Source: Conidiobolus incongruus B7586 (Eukaryota). From it: a stretch of 40,309 bases of DNA. The stretch spans positions 1 to 40,309 of the forward strand of contig JNEM01013393.1 in assembly GCA_000697335.1 (NCBI GenBank). Reading direction: 5' to 3'. Shown here piece by piece: positions 11,759 to 26,266 of the stretch. The stretch's first letter is position 1; every line of letters starts with the position of its first letter. The position numbers and the translations under genes were made by a program. A model generated the notes under the pieces. It was not told the DNA's origin. It did no database searches and worked only from the letters and a program-made list of their open reading frames with translations.

Positions 11759-13049
11759 TTATTATACAATAAGAATTTGAGGCTTTGGGACAAACTTAGT
11801 AAAGCTAATTTGAATTGTCCTGACTAAGTATCAAGTTAACAACTGTTTGATAACTAATATCAGCTGAAAAATATACATTTTTAAATATTTTCTTTAACAA
11901 TAAAAACATGCTAGCTACAAAAACAGATGCGAATTTTGATTTTTTCTGTTAAATTATTCAAAATAAAATTATAATTCAAATATCTTAATGATTTCTAATG
12001 ATATTGATTTTATAGTTTAACAAAAAAGATAAATATTTTGATATACTTTTATTTCATTTATCAATTATTATAGTTAAATGTACAGAAATTCCATTTAATA
12101 TATATATTTCTAATTTATATCTCATATTTCAAGTGTAATTAATCATTATATACATTAAAGCTCAACTCGTAAAAATATTTCGTTATATAAGTATATATAT
12201 ATATAATATTTAGATTAAATATTCATATAAACCAAACATTTTATCAATTAAAAATTGAATTTATCTAAAAATTCACCAAGTCAAATTTAATTTTAAATAG
12301 ATGATATTAAAATTATTCGCGAATTCACTGTGTTATTTAAAATTCTAAAGAAAATGGAACTAATACAAAGATAATCATAATTCTTGGTGGACCAAAATCA
12401 TATACTTGAAATCTATAAATATTAGTATATTATTTTGAATTATAACTGTACGCTACTAAAATTTTAATTGTTAATTTCCTGATTTCATATAATGATTTTG
12501 ATCAATATAAAATTTATTATCTCAAATGAAATAGATATAATTATAATATATGTAAATTAGGAAGTTATATTTACTTCATTAAACTATTACCCCAAACAAA
12601 TACTATTATGTTTAATTTTTTTAACAATTAACCGGCGAATGACAGCATTTCAAGTTGATATATAGAATTCACATATATTACAGATTTCCTTTTAATTTGG
12701 CTGTAACATCAAGGATAAAAAGTGTTGATTTTCATCAACAAGGGTTAAATATAATGCTTAATTCATATAGCATACCTATTACCGTAATCATCTTTACCAA
12801 TTATTATATAATTTTCTAATTCATATCATCATAATACTTATTGATGAATACAAAAAAGTACTTTATTGAAGAATAACTAAAATTTCCCTTACTAGATATG
12901 TAATCAGATGATTAGGGTCGATATTCAAAAATTGTGAATTGGAATATATAAACTTGCGATATTTTAATATTAACATTCAACTTATCAATAGGGTCTTTGG
13001 ATAGTATTATAAAATTTGGATCGAGCTATCTTAGTTTTGTTCAAGGTTA

Positions 13050-13820
13050 CAATAAAATTATATCTAAGTAAAAAGCTGCTTTTTTTCAACGATCTTGTAA
13101 AATCAATTAGGACTTATGTTTGAAGCAGCCTTCAAAGTAAAAGTTTTTCATATTCTTACTGAGTTACCCTTCAAAAGCATAAAAATCACCATTGTGACAG
13201 AACCCTAATAGATTAAACACTATGCTAATTGCAGCTTATTGCTATGTTAACAGTGTGTCCCGACTTACGGCTAACATTCATCATGGCTTGAGAAAAAAAA
13301 TCCAGAGTTAGAGCACTGTCAAGTTTCAAAAATTGGCAAGATTATCAACCATCCGACCTTTAGCTCTCCTACTTTTGGTTAGAGCGATGTAGCGTTATGG
13401 AAAGTTGGGATCAACTGTACAATTGAAAAATATGCCAAATTGCCAGATTCTGAAATAGATATTACTCCTGAAAAATATAAACAAGGAACAATTGTGGGTT
13501 GGGGAAGGTCCAAGCCTCAGGATACAGTAAGTTCTAATATACTTTTACAGTCCAATGTACCCATTCATTCCTATGAAGAATGTAAGAAAAATTTCAGCGC
13601 TGATCTCAATCCAAAGACTCATATCTGTGCAGGGTTTATCCAATCAAAAGGAAATGCATGCCATGGGGATTCTGGTGGTCCTCTATTTTGGTATGATGAA
13701 GACGGCCAACCAATTGAAATAGGGTTGGTGAGTTTTGGATCAGAAGGAGACTGTATGGATACTCCAGTAGTCTTTACCAATATTTCCAAATATTTAGATT
13801 GGATTAGTAAGAATAAATAA
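13050..13820 (+). pseudogene. chymotrypsin/trypsin-family (S1) serine protease pseudogene
   Basis: Intact C-terminal part: GTIVGWG, HICAG, GNACHGDSGGPL, IGLVSFG, PVVFTNISKYLDWI. Upstream lesions: HCDRTLID* (cf. HCGGTLI), IAAYC (catalytic His to Tyr, 13237), a frameshift near the A-run at ~13293-13300, and in-frame TAG at 13380 just before SDVALWK. 5' limit approximate. Confidence 0.88.
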
Positions 13821-14347
13821 TTTATTAAATTAATATATGAACAGTTTAATACAAATAGATATTAAAGTTCTTAAATATCACTTGAATGCCATAATTATGT
13901 CTATTACATAAATAATTTTTCATTAATTTAATGATTGATATATTTATATTAGTAATAATGTAAAGAATCCGAGCCCCTCGAGAGAGCTAAAGATTATTCA
14001 TAATTCATAACATAGTCATTAATTTTTAAATTTTTAAATCTTTCTAAAAAATATACTAACGTCTGGCAAACTTTAACATTATATAGAATGATAGATTTTA
14101 AATTTTAAATTACAAAAATCTTAATATAATTCAAAAATATTAAATAGAATAAATTGAATGTTAATTTTACATATATTCAATGTTAAGAAAATAATGATAA
14201 TACAGTGGAGCTTACTTGCTTTATATATGAATTAAATATTATGAATTTATTTAAATGTATAAATATAGCTTTAAGGGTTTTCTTCATGAAAAGTGTATTA
14301 TATTATGTATATTATAAAATATATTATTAGAAATTGAGTTTAAATAT

Positions 14348-15592
14348 TTAACAGTAACTAAGTTCATAGAATAAGTTACCCTGAATAGTTTCGACAGATT
14401 CACCTTTCTTAATGGTCAATGTAGCGGGTTGATAATATTCATAAATATAGGGCTTGGTGATAAAAGCTTGAATAATTTTTTTGATAAAATAAGGAAGATT
14501 GGAAATAACGTCAACACGATCATATAATTTAAGCACACCAGCTTGCAAATCAAAGCTGATTTTTTCAGCTTCAGTGTCTAGTTGTCCATCTTTAATACCA
14601 TAAGAATCAAACTTAAAGCTCAATTTGTTGGGAACAGCCAAGTCAGTTTCGGGATCCTTGGATTTATCGAGGAGTTGTAGTTCGGATTCAGCAGTAATTG
14701 TATACAAACGCCCTTCTCTGTATACTACAGTGACATCGATGACTCCATTATAATTATACTTGGATGGTGGGTAGTATTGTAAAGAAAGTAAGTTAATATT
14801 ATCACCTCTAAAATATGTAAAATAACTGGTTGAAAGTACAGAATAAGGTTTATCTCCAATGGTAGCATGGACAAAGAGACCCTGGTTGGTTAATTGGTAA
14901 AGTTTTCCTTTCAAATTTCCTTCAGTAACGGTTACATGACCTTGAACTTGGTTAGAGTAGATGAGGCCGTGCTTGACTGCTCCACTAGATTGGTTAGTAC
15001 CAACATAGGAGGTTCCATCAGAGCCGATTTGAACACCATTATCATTACAAATAAAAGTAAATTCACCTTGTAAGCCACTTTGCTCTTTAAACTGTACTTT
15101 ATAAGTGGATACATTAGTATTTGAATCGGTAGTTCTTTTATATGAAATTCTATCACATTCAGCGCTCAATTTATCTTTAGAAGTGACGAAAGAGCTTGAA
15201 GAACAAGTAATTGTTCGAAATTGAGACTTATCACCGTCAATAATATTGTAAGAAATTTGTACGTTATGAATCCAACTAAAAAAAATTAGATCAAAAATAA
15301 CAATATATTGAAGAAAAACTTACCCAACAACAGCGAAAGCTAATTGGAAAAACATAAATTTGTTATCTTGGGTGATAAAATAAAATGATTGAGTTTCAGT
15401 TGCAGCATTACTAGGAACTTTCCATGTTAAATCTTTTTCTGATAAAGAAGTATAGTAAGGCTGGCCTTTAGCTATTCTATCTTTGGCAGGAATTACTATA
15501 ATATAGGGTTAATAATTAAAAAATGAAGAGCCGGAGATAGGTGTACCGATTGGTCCAACAGCCATTATTGATAATTCAGGTTCTAACTCCAT
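14348..15592 (-). CDS. SVF1: Svf1-like (survival factor 1) protein, 3 exons
   Basis: MELEPELSIMAVGPI|VIPAKDRIAKGQPYYTSLSEKDLTWKVPSNAATETQSFYF...FFQLAFAVVG|WIHNVQISY..., GVQIGSDGTSYVG, and C-terminal LYDRVDVISNLPYFIKKIIQAFITKPYIYEY matching the Svf1 family. A 51-nt intron (15546-15496) removes an in-frame TAA; second intron at ~15323-15276. Confidence 0.85.
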
Positions 15593-18109
15593 TGTGAATA
15601 TCTAATGTTGATATTTATATGATAAACAATTTTTTAAATGAGAAAAATTAAGTAACACGCGATCGTTCAAATTCACGCCGACTTTTGTTTTTCATAGTTG
15701 ATGGGTACCAATTTAATTGGTAGTTTGTTGGCTATTTGATCATCCTGAATTTGTGGGGAACAGTATGATTGGACACCGGATATTATTGAATCAAAATTAA
15801 AATTTGGTCCAGAAATTCGATTAAATGTCCAATTGGCATTGGATTAAATTTTATCGTACTATGTAATAGGGTAATCTACTAACATATCAATGCTCAAGAC
15901 AAGGATTTTCTAATGCGGTTAGCTAATTAGATTCAACAAATAATAAAATGTTATATATTGGTTTATTGTAATATATATTCGTAGCACCTGCGTAATTTTT
16001 TAATGATTATTAGTCTAGGTGTTCTATGTTTTTCCATGTTTAATTTATTTTCGGGATAATAGATTCGAAATTCCATATTTTAGAAAATCAAGTAATTGCC
16101 TAAAAAATCAAGTTGAAACAAACTTGTAAAAAATCTTAGATGATGAATCTTTAATCAAGATTAATATAATACTAAAATTTACATGTATATTTTGAAATAT
16201 TACATTCTAATATTCATAAATATAAATGATACATTATTTCTTTTTGTTTGTTATTATAACTTGGATACATGCTATTCTATAATAGATTTACTCATTCTAA
16301 AATTTACATCAAACATTTATAAATGTGCTAACATAAATTTTTTTATTTTCTTATTTAAAATTCATAAGTTATGCCCTTACTTTAATTTCCACATCTTTTA
16401 TCAATTATGGATACCTTAATAGGTATTTAACATCTTAATCATCAACTCTATATCACGATAAACTTTAGCTTATATTATACAAAATATATTATGCTTTATG
16501 CGTGATATTCATTATCAATTATATTGTAAAATAATGGAAACATATATAATATATAATATAAATAGAAAATAGAATAAATTTATTTAATTTAACAATAGAA
16601 ATAATATATATATTAAACATTAAATTTTGGTATATTAAAACAATTGACAATTATAACTTTTAATTATATAGCACGATTATCTAAATTAAATATTTTCAAT
16701 ATTTTCATTATATTAGTTTAAATCCAATGAGAGTAAAATGAGTTCAAACCCATTCAAATTCTTATTTATAAAATTTCAAAATACAATTGATATATATTAC
16801 AAATAATAATGTTTAGATCGAGAACTAAGTAATTTGGTGTTTGTAAATATTTAGCAGTTTAATTTTTTATATTTAATTAAAATTAGTTAATTAATATGCT
16901 ATTTTATCCCTTCAATATCGGAATATATTAATTTGTCTCAAATATAACTATTTTGAATATATATTTTATATGAAATAGAATTCAATAATTTCCGCATATA
17001 TGTATATCTATTAAATAGTTTTAATAGTTAGAATACCCTGGTATTGGACTAATTCAAATTATCTACTATTGTATAACAAATTTGTTTATTTGGTAAATCG
17101 GATTTAGTAGTCATTTTTTACTATAAATAGTAGAAATATATCATTGGAATTATTTATTTTTTAATACATTTTATGAAGTATAGTAAAACTATTAACAATT
17201 ATTAAAAAACATTCATAGTTATATATTTTTAACAAATAAATTTATACAGTTGCCTATCTTTAGTAAAATAAATTGAAAGGATATGATAATAGTTAACATT
17301 AATATTAATTCTATATTGAAATGAATATATTAACCTAATAGTTAATAATTGATCTATATATGTTTATACTCATTTTTAGTGTTAAATTTGAATTATGTTT
17401 TGTTGATAAAAGTACTAAAATTTTAGTTTAAATTTCCGAATAAATTTGCATTTTAGCCCTTACCAATTATAATTTTGATTGAACAGATTGATAAAAAAAT
17501 TAAAATATACTCTATATATTCGTTATTATCTCTTATTATTCCTTAAATTGTAATACTAAGTAACGTATCAGACATAATATGATATATAATTAAATTAAAT
17601 CTAACATGTATAACCCAATTCGTAACTTCTAATATAATTTAAATATTAGCTCTTAAATTTTTCTACAGTTATATTTCAAAACTATTTAATCAAATAATCA
17701 TTTTTATTTTTTTCCGATAATTCAATTCATTGAACTAATCTAATTTGACAAGTTAACGATTTTAATTCAATGTTATGTTTTGACTTATTAATCTAGTAGT
17801 ATAACATACAACCACTTCGGTATATTTCTTCATATAATCCACTATTCTAATAACAGTATAAAGCTTTGTGCTGAAAATCTTAAACTCAATTACCATAAAT
17901 ACCACTATTCACTGGTTCATTATATAAATGGTTTATAATCTATTCTTGGAACGGTTCTATATACCTTATACATATATAATATTCAAAGCCAGTTCAATTA
18001 TAGTTTGTGAGAATAGAATATTATATTAATTATTTAACAGCTTTTAATATAGTTCATTGAATATATTTTAATTTATACTTCAGACTTCAATTGACCAAGT
18101 TAGTGAAAG

Positions 18110-19849
18110 ATGGGTCCCAAAAAAGAGATTAACTATGATTATCACTCACTTCGTCAGCTTCCAATGTTCGCTGGGCTATTGGCTCCACTGTGTGTGCTGT
18201 TGAGTATTCCTCCAATCTCTGGCAGTTGGGAGTCTGATGATTTCATTTCCAATATAAGAGATTTCCAAGATAATTCAACCATTTTGACCTTATTAAGTGT
18301 CGGCTTGATATGCTTATTATTCGGGAATATTGCTCTACTATTCCGATTTTTAGAGAGACATGTTGTATCGAGCACGCTGCTGAGTATATTCGGCTATTTC
18401 ATGAATTTCGCCTTAACTTTGGCTGCTGTACTGTACTTTCGATTTACATTTGTTCTAGCTTCAGGCAAAAAATTCTCTGGAGAGTACTATGCGGCTTATG
18501 CTTCATGTAGTATTTCATTTATAATTGCTCTATTTTTGATCATTGATTTCTTCAAGAACAATAATTTGAGAGGTAGAGGCAGTGGGCTTTCTAGACAACA
18601 GAGAGTATTGGTTTTTATGGCACTTTTGGTAGCTATCTGGGCTGTCTTGGGTGCTTTAGTGTATGGTAAATTGCATGGATGGACTTTCACTAGAGGAGTG
18701 TACTTTGTGCTAGTTACTACAACAACTATTGGATTTGGTGATTATGTTCCTAAATCTGTTCCTGCTCAGGCATTTTGTATCTTTTATGCTGCAATTGGAA
18801 TCATTATGATGGGTATGTTTATTGCGTTTATCCGTTCCGTGATTCTCGAATATTTTGAAAATAAGTACCATGAAAAATTAGAAAATATGGGCGCTAAAAA
18901 GCTGGATAATTTGACATCTTCTAACTTTAGAACTTCTTCAGATGAAAAAAATCCAGTATTTGTAGAATCATCTGCTAAACCAACAAGGACCAAAACAGCT
19001 CACGAACATGAAACTGAACTGAAGGACGCTCAAATAAGCCAATACATTAGACAATTACAATTTTCAAGTATTGCTCTGTTATTATTTTGGTAATTTCATT
19101 TCAAATAATCGGATTAAATTATATTGATTGATTATTAGGTTCTTGGGAGCTGCTATTTTTTCATGGGTCGAAGAATGGGATTACTTTAAAGCTTTTTACT
19201 TCTGTTTCATCTCTTTTACTACAATTGGTAATTTAATATATCTTATCATTATTTAAATTATTAATAGATTTTAGGTTATGGTGATGTTTCTGTGAGCACG
19301 TTCCCTGGTGTTGTTATATTTTGTGTCTATGTACTCACTGGTTTGGCCACTATGGCTTATTTTATTTCTGTTGCTACTGAGCTCTTTTCTTTTGTAATAG
19401 ATAGAAATAGTGATATAGTCGAAACAAAGAGAAAATTGAAAACCAATTCCAATGAAAACCTAAAGGGCAGTAAAATCAATTCACCAGTTGGGGATCCTAC
19501 TAGAAATTTGGCTCTAGTCGAAGCATTGGAAAAAGATACGGGGAATGAAGAAAAGGATTTGATTCGAAAATTACTAACAATGACCGAATTCTATCATCAA
19601 GAAGTATCATATTTTATCAAAAACATCGCCGAAGATGAAGAGCACTATCATTTAAATGAAGATGACAAGTATCCGCCTATCATTCAGAAGTTATCTAGAT
19701 ATGATAAAATTTATAGTCAGTTGATTACTTTGTGTCAGACAAAATTAAATGGTAAAGCTACCATTGTTGATGAAATAGAGGAACCTCCAGCACTGCATAG
19801 ATCTCCTATTAAGAAGAGCGAATCCGCAATGCCATTATTACCTCAGTAA
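18110..19849 (+). CDS. TOK1: TOK-type two-pore-domain K+ channel (8 TM), copy 1, ~547 aa
   Basis: Exons 18110-19089, 19139-19227, 19275-19849 splice in frame (1644 nt). Four N-terminal TM helices, RGRGSGLSRQQR linker, P1 TTTIGFGDYVP, P2 FTTIG|YGDV. Confidence 0.93.
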
Positions 19850-20516
19850 TTTTATATTCTCTTTTTCATCAAAAATATTTAGTTTAATAAATTATTAAAT
19901 TGTACCTCACTTACTGGATTATTCAGATCAACTTTATTATGTAAATATATACAAAGTTGAAATAGAATATTATTATAGTTTTTGAAAAAAAATTCTCTAT
20001 TAAATAATTATATCCGTTGAAAATATTATTTTGAGCGTTATCAAATGTATAATAATTGAATTTTCTAATATAATTATGATAATATATTTATAAGAAACTG
20101 ATATCATGAATATATAAAACTGATTTATCAGTAAGAATTATTTACATTAATAAAAATAATTATAAATTTTAATTAAGTCGGTTATGTTGATATTGATAAT
20201 ATAAAAAATTAATGGTATTTTTGTATTTCGTTAAAGAAAAATTATAACTACTCTCAATTATATATTATATTCATCATATAAAAAGTTTATACACTTAGAA
20301 ATTATACCTTAAAATAATTTATATAAAATATTTATATTAAAAATGAAAATAATATAGATTATTACAAGTTAAATGAACGAAAGTGTAAATATTATAATAT
20401 AATATACAGTTAATTTAATCTTTGATCACATATGAAACACGATTGATCGTATTACTAGAAAATTATTTTTAAAGTAATATAACATATATAGTTGGATTTA
20501 TTAATATATATTATAT

Positions 20517-21572
20517 CTATACTATCTTTAAAGGATCTTCATCAGTCTTACTTACTACCACTTGAATTCCTTCAGAGTTTGTAGGATTTAATAAGGTAGT
20601 AAGGTTGGGTTTTAATACTTGTTCCAAGTATCCTCGCTCAGTATTGGTATGTTCACCTATATGAAACTAATTAATAATCAATTTAATAAAATTGATTTTT
20701 AAGCTTACATAAAATTACACTAGTTCCTTTGGCAAGAGCAGCTAATACATCATGATGAGACATTTCACCAGTAAAATATAAATCAGCCTTAGACGGCATG
20801 ACAACAGAAGAGCCTGATCCAGCACAAATGCTAACTGTCTTAATAGTTGGATCAGTGCGATGACTAGATGAAGTAGCTAAACGAACTAATAATCAATGTT
20901 AATTTTAAATTAGATTAAGTCCACTGAAATTGAAGTTCAAATACCGTGTTTTAAATTTAAATGAGATTTAATGTGTGAAACAACTTCATCTAAAGGCTTA
21001 GGCTGATCATAGGTGAAAATGATTCCAACACCGGTTCCTTCCTGGCCTGGTGGGGGATTGTCATGCAATTTAATTGGATCACACTTTCCACTTCCACCTA
21101 ATCCCTGAGCTAACCAGTTATTAACTACAAAGGACTTTAGTAATATGACCGAAATTGAAGAAACAATTAAACTTACTTCCATTAACACAATTATCCATAG
21201 CAGAATGGGGTGAATAAATAGAAAGACCGTTGGCAATAGTTTTTAATACGATGGATTGCTTAACATCAGCAAGAGTTAATTGCTTAAGTTTTGAAAAAAT
21301 TGGAGGATGGTATGCAACTATGACTCCAACATTAGGATCATTAATAGCTTCATCTAGAGTTTCTTCAGTCAAGTCAATAGTTAAAAACACTTTATTTGCT
21401 GAAGAACGAGGTTTAGGATTTTCTATTCTTCCAAGTTAATTCTTAGAGTTAAAAAATATCAACAAATTTTCATCATACCAACAAGTAAACCAACATTATC
21501 CCAAGTATGATCGGCTAAAGCTAAAGGAGACCAACGTTCCATTGCTTTAATAACATTGTTTAATAAGCTCAT
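20517..21572 (-). CDS. NIF3: NIF3 / GTP cyclohydrolase 1 type 2 homolog (DUF34 metal-binding protein), multi-exon
   Basis: MSLLNNVIKAMERWSPLALADHTWDNVGLLV|ENPKP...VFLTIDLTEETLDEA, IVAYHPPIF, IYSPHSAMD, GTGVG, TVSICAGSGSSV, DLYFTGEMSHHDVLAA, VILC|EHTNTERGYL, KTDEDPLKIV*. Confidence 0.93.
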
Positions 21573-24502
21573 TTTACTCATTTACAATCTAAAGACCATT
21601 GTTAATAAGAAAAATAATTTAAAATAATATGAATAGAGAATCTATAAAACTCGAAAAAATATTTTGATTTAAATTGAATAAATTATATAAAAATCAATTT
21701 TTATCTTATTTAATTACATACTTTACTATTCAAAATGAAATTGAATATCCAAAACTGAGTTCAATAATGTTATTAATACTCTTGAATCAATTTACAATAT
21801 TATGGGAGATATTAAATTGTAATAATATAAATTATTGATGACATCATCAAAATTTAAAACTTTTGAATTATAAAATAATAATTTAGCATTAAAAAATACA
21901 GCTTGTAGATATAAGAATCTGAGGATTCAATATATAATTTATTCATAATATAATTAAATTTTAACAAATTTTTCTGATCAATTCTAAACATAAATTTTTT
22001 CAACAAATAATATCTATTCTTTATATCCAATTCAAAAAAGTTTTTAAAAATTGCAACTTAACAGCAATTTGATATTTGATAAAAGTGTGATGTAGTTTTT
22101 GAAAACCAATAAAATTTGATTATTTCCATTTATTTTTATTATAGTACTATTTTATTCATTTTGGCTATTTAATCTAATTGTATATTGGACTTATACAGCT
22201 ATATAAAATTTACTTCAAAATACTTTATTTTATATTTTCTTCAACATTAGTAATCTAATAATTTTGAATAATTTAAACTGTTTTATGATATTTTTATTAT
22301 TATTGTTGTATTTATAATAAGTTTTATAATTAAAGATTGTTGTTAGAAAAGTACTTGTAAAATGATTTAGTAAATGATTTTTTAATCCTGCTCTTTAACA
22401 TATTGGAACTGTATGTCTTAAAACTTACTGTTGAGACATTGTAGCAGAATATTCTGAAAAAAAATAATTTCTTTCTAACTTTATCACTTTTGGGTTTAAA
22501 TAGTTGGTTCAATGGATGATATGGGATTTGGTTATAATCTAACAAAGACAGAGAGAACAAAGGGTATACTTTAATTATAGACTAACAAAGCCAGCTTAAA
22601 ATAGAAATAATATTGGCTTAATTATCAAACTAGGATCAGAGGTTCATTCTGAAATACAACATTATCATTAATTAAAAAAAGAATTATTAACTTTAAATAT
22701 AATTAATGATAATTTATTCAATAGACACATTTCGAAAAAAATTAAGAATTATATTTTAATAGCAAATTGGACTTGTTATCAATGTACATCTATAAGTCTG
22801 TATCTTTATAAATATACCTTTAATTAATAAAATCGTAGACTTTTTGTAGACTGCCATATTTGTCTATTAAATATTTATCCTTAATTTAATAATATGCAAT
22901 ATAATTACAAATCACATTCTACATTTTACAAAATATATTTAAATTTATAATATAAATTAATTCGTAATATTGAGGAAAACTCCTTCCTTTAGACATAAAT
23001 ATCAATCAAATCAGTATAAAATGGGGTAGATTCTAAGGGTCGGTTATAAAATAGTTGAAAAAGGATTGACAAAATATTTTATAAGAGAATAATAGGCATT
23101 TAGGAAAATCACAATACCTATTAACAAATTAAATGGGCTTATTTTGATATCAGAACATATTTTTATAACATTGATATGTTGAGAATAATCAAGATATTAA
23201 TTTCTTATTTAATATAATTTTAATATAACTATTCACTTTTATTATATAATTTTAGTGAGTTTCAACAAATTTAATAATTTAGCATAAAAATCAAAGGGAA
23301 TTTAGTAATAGTAACATATCCTGAGCCCTTGGTATCATTTAATTTATAATTTCTTTTATTAAAAATTAATTTTTAGAATAAATTATTAAATTTACCTTTA
23401 AATCTCGATATTATACCTCATAAAATTCAAAGTTGTGATATTTGCAAAGAAAATTAAAGTTTGTAATCAATAAACTTCCAAAATTAGCTTGAAGTTGATT
23501 TAAAGGACAAATGAAGCGTTGGGGATGAGAGTTTCATTTAAATTGATTGAATCAAGGGTTTCTAGTTAATAAACCGGTTAGATAATTGTACTACTATCTA
23601 ATGAGAAATGGATATCAATATCTGGAACGTTATAAAAATAGCTTCAATTTTGTTATTTCATTTATTAATAATGTTCGAGTAGTGCTATATAAATAATAAA
23701 GGAGCTATTGTTATAAAGGATATATTTGATATGTATTAACGCATTAGAATATAAGTATTAAGATCAATCCAAAACACTGAATATTTATAAGGATCATAGG
23801 CTTAACAATCATAATATTATGCGCCAGTTGATATGAGTGGTAAAAATTACTAATTTAATAAAAATAATATTATTAGGCGATGTTATTTTAACATAATCTT
23901 GATGAATAAACTTATTTTCAATTTTATTAATTAAAAATGGCGATGTTTAGATGAACTAATGCATTAAATTCATTACGTTATAGTAATTTTGAATTGAATA
24001 AAGTTACTACAGCTATGAATTTTAACACTTTCAAATGACCCTAATTGTTGATACCAATTCCAAGCCATATACTAGAATGAAAGATATTGATAATGCAGCT
24101 TTGTTGCTTTAAATAATAGGTGTCATCTAGAAGCATGATTGGCTAAAAAATAACCCATTAACTTGGATTATCCGTAGTAATTTATTTCACACTTTTTAAC
24201 CATCACATAAATTCTAAATTTAGTATCCTCAATTGAATAGATTTGAAATGTAAGTTAATTAATCTTGGTGTATAAATACCCTCCCCCTAACTTTTAAGCT
24301 CAATAAATACTTTTCATTTTCTTTTACTTATGATAGGAATTTTTAAATTCCTATTCCATCATTATTGATTATCTGTTATCATAGTCACAATCATATCTCC
24401 ATATCATCTTTTAATTCTAGATAACATAAATACATATTCACTTCCCAAGATCACAATTGCAATTCAACTTTAGATTCTGAGAATTTGTTAAGTTAATATA
24501 AA

Positions 24503-26266
24503 ATGGGTGGCAATCAAAACAATCGCTATGATTATAGTTCTCTACGCCAAATTCCGATGTTTGCTGGGATACTTGCTCCGATATGTGTATTATTAAGTAT
24601 TCCTCCGATAACAGGTAGTTGGGTATCTGATGATGATGATGTATTAAATTACAAAGTTCGACAGTTTCAGTCCGATCCAACCATTTTAGGGCTATTGTGT
24701 ACTGGTTTAATATGCTTATTTATAGCGCACGTTGCTTTACTATTGAGATTTTTAGAGAGACATATTGTATTTAATACTTGGGTGAGCATTATTGGATATT
24801 TCTTAAATTTTTGCTTTACCTTAAGTGCAGTGTTATACTTTCGCTTGACCTATACTTTAGAAAACGGTAAACATTTCGCTGGAGAATATTATGCAGCTTA
24901 CGCTTCTAGTATAATTTCATTTATGATCTCTCTATTTTTGATTATTGACTTTTTCAAGAACAATTACTTGCGAGGCAGAGGCAGTGGGCTTTCTAGAAAT
25001 CAACGAGTACTAGTATTTATGTCGATTTTGGTAACTATTTGGACTGTGATTGGTGCATTAGCAATGGGTTCTTTTGAAGATTGGACATTCACTAGAGGAA
25101 TTTATTTTGCTTTAGCCACCATGACAACCATTGGTTTCGGAGATTACGCACCATCATCTACCTCAGCTCGAGCATTCAACATTTTTTATGCAGCCATTGG
25201 TATTATTATGGTGGGTATGTTTATTGCCTTTATCCGCTCTGTCATACTCGAGTCTTTTGAACATGCGTATTATGAAAAGTTGGAGAGAATTGGCACTTTG
25301 GGGTTGGATAACTTTTATTCATTAACATTTCAGTCCACCTCTAAGAATACCAAATCACCTGAATCTTCTCCAGAAAATATTGGTGAAAAATTGCAGCATA
25401 CACCAACAGTTCGCGACCAAGAAAAAGAGTTGAAGAAAGCTCAGCTTGCCCAATATTTTAGACAATTACACTTTTCAATTTTTGCATTATTCTTATTTTG
25501 GTAAGTTCTCTTTAATATTATATTACTTTTTGATTAACCCTGGATTTAGGTTTTTAGGAGCTGGAATTTTCTGTTGGGTTGAAGGCTGGGACTATTTTAC
25601 AGCTTTTTACTTTTGTTTTATCTCATTTACAACTATAGGTAATTTAATGAAAATAATTGATTATTTATATCTATATCTAACGTGCTTTTCTTAGGATATG
25701 GTGATATTACTGTAAAGCGATTTGCAAGTGTAGTAGTATTCTGTGTTTATTCGCTAGTTGGATTAGTCACTATGGCTTATTTTATTTCAGTAGCTACAGA
25801 ATTATTTTCTTCTCTTATTGACACTCATGGTGATAGAATTGAAAGAAGGAGAAAAAGGAAAGCCACCAGATCCATGACGGATAAAAACTCAAGTTCTGTG
25901 AGTTCACCAGTTGGTGATCCTAATCGTGATATCGAATTAATAGAAGCTTTAGAGATAAACACAGGCAATGAAGGAAGAGACCTCGTCCAAAAATTGCTTA
26001 CAATGGCCGAATTTTACCATCAGGAAGTGTCACATTTTGTCAAAAATATCGTAGAAGAATCTCAGAATAATTATGATGAAGCTGAATTAAATTCTTTCCA
26101 GCTTCAAAAAATGGAAAAGTATGAGAAAATATATAGCCAATTGATTACTTTATGCCAGCAAAAGTTGGGCAGTCAACAATCTACTCCATCTGACATGCGG
26201 GAGTCTCCTGCACTTCTCTTAACCAATACAGTGGGAAGAGAATCCACAGAACAACTTATTCCTTAA
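24503..26266 (+). CDS. TOK1: TOK-type two-pore-domain K+ channel, copy 2, ~552 aa
   Basis: Exons 24503-25500, 25550-25638, 25695-26266 in frame (1659 nt). P1 MTTIGFGDYAP, P2 FTTIG|YGDI; same intron positions as copy 1. Confidence 0.93.

Noticed and set aside
15511..15513. In-frame TAA near the start of the Svf1-like gene, suggesting a pseudogene or stop-codon reassignment
   Set aside because: It lies within a 51-nt GTACAC...TATAG intron with a TTAAC branch-like site. All intact genes here end in ordinary stops, so there is no sign of an alternative genetic code.
16183..16419. AT-rich ORFs rich in I/F/Y/N/K (also 11430-11618, 22330-22560, 26446-26643, 29677-29913, 37428-37794)
   Set aside because: Composition matches random AT-rich intergenic DNA; no coding signal.
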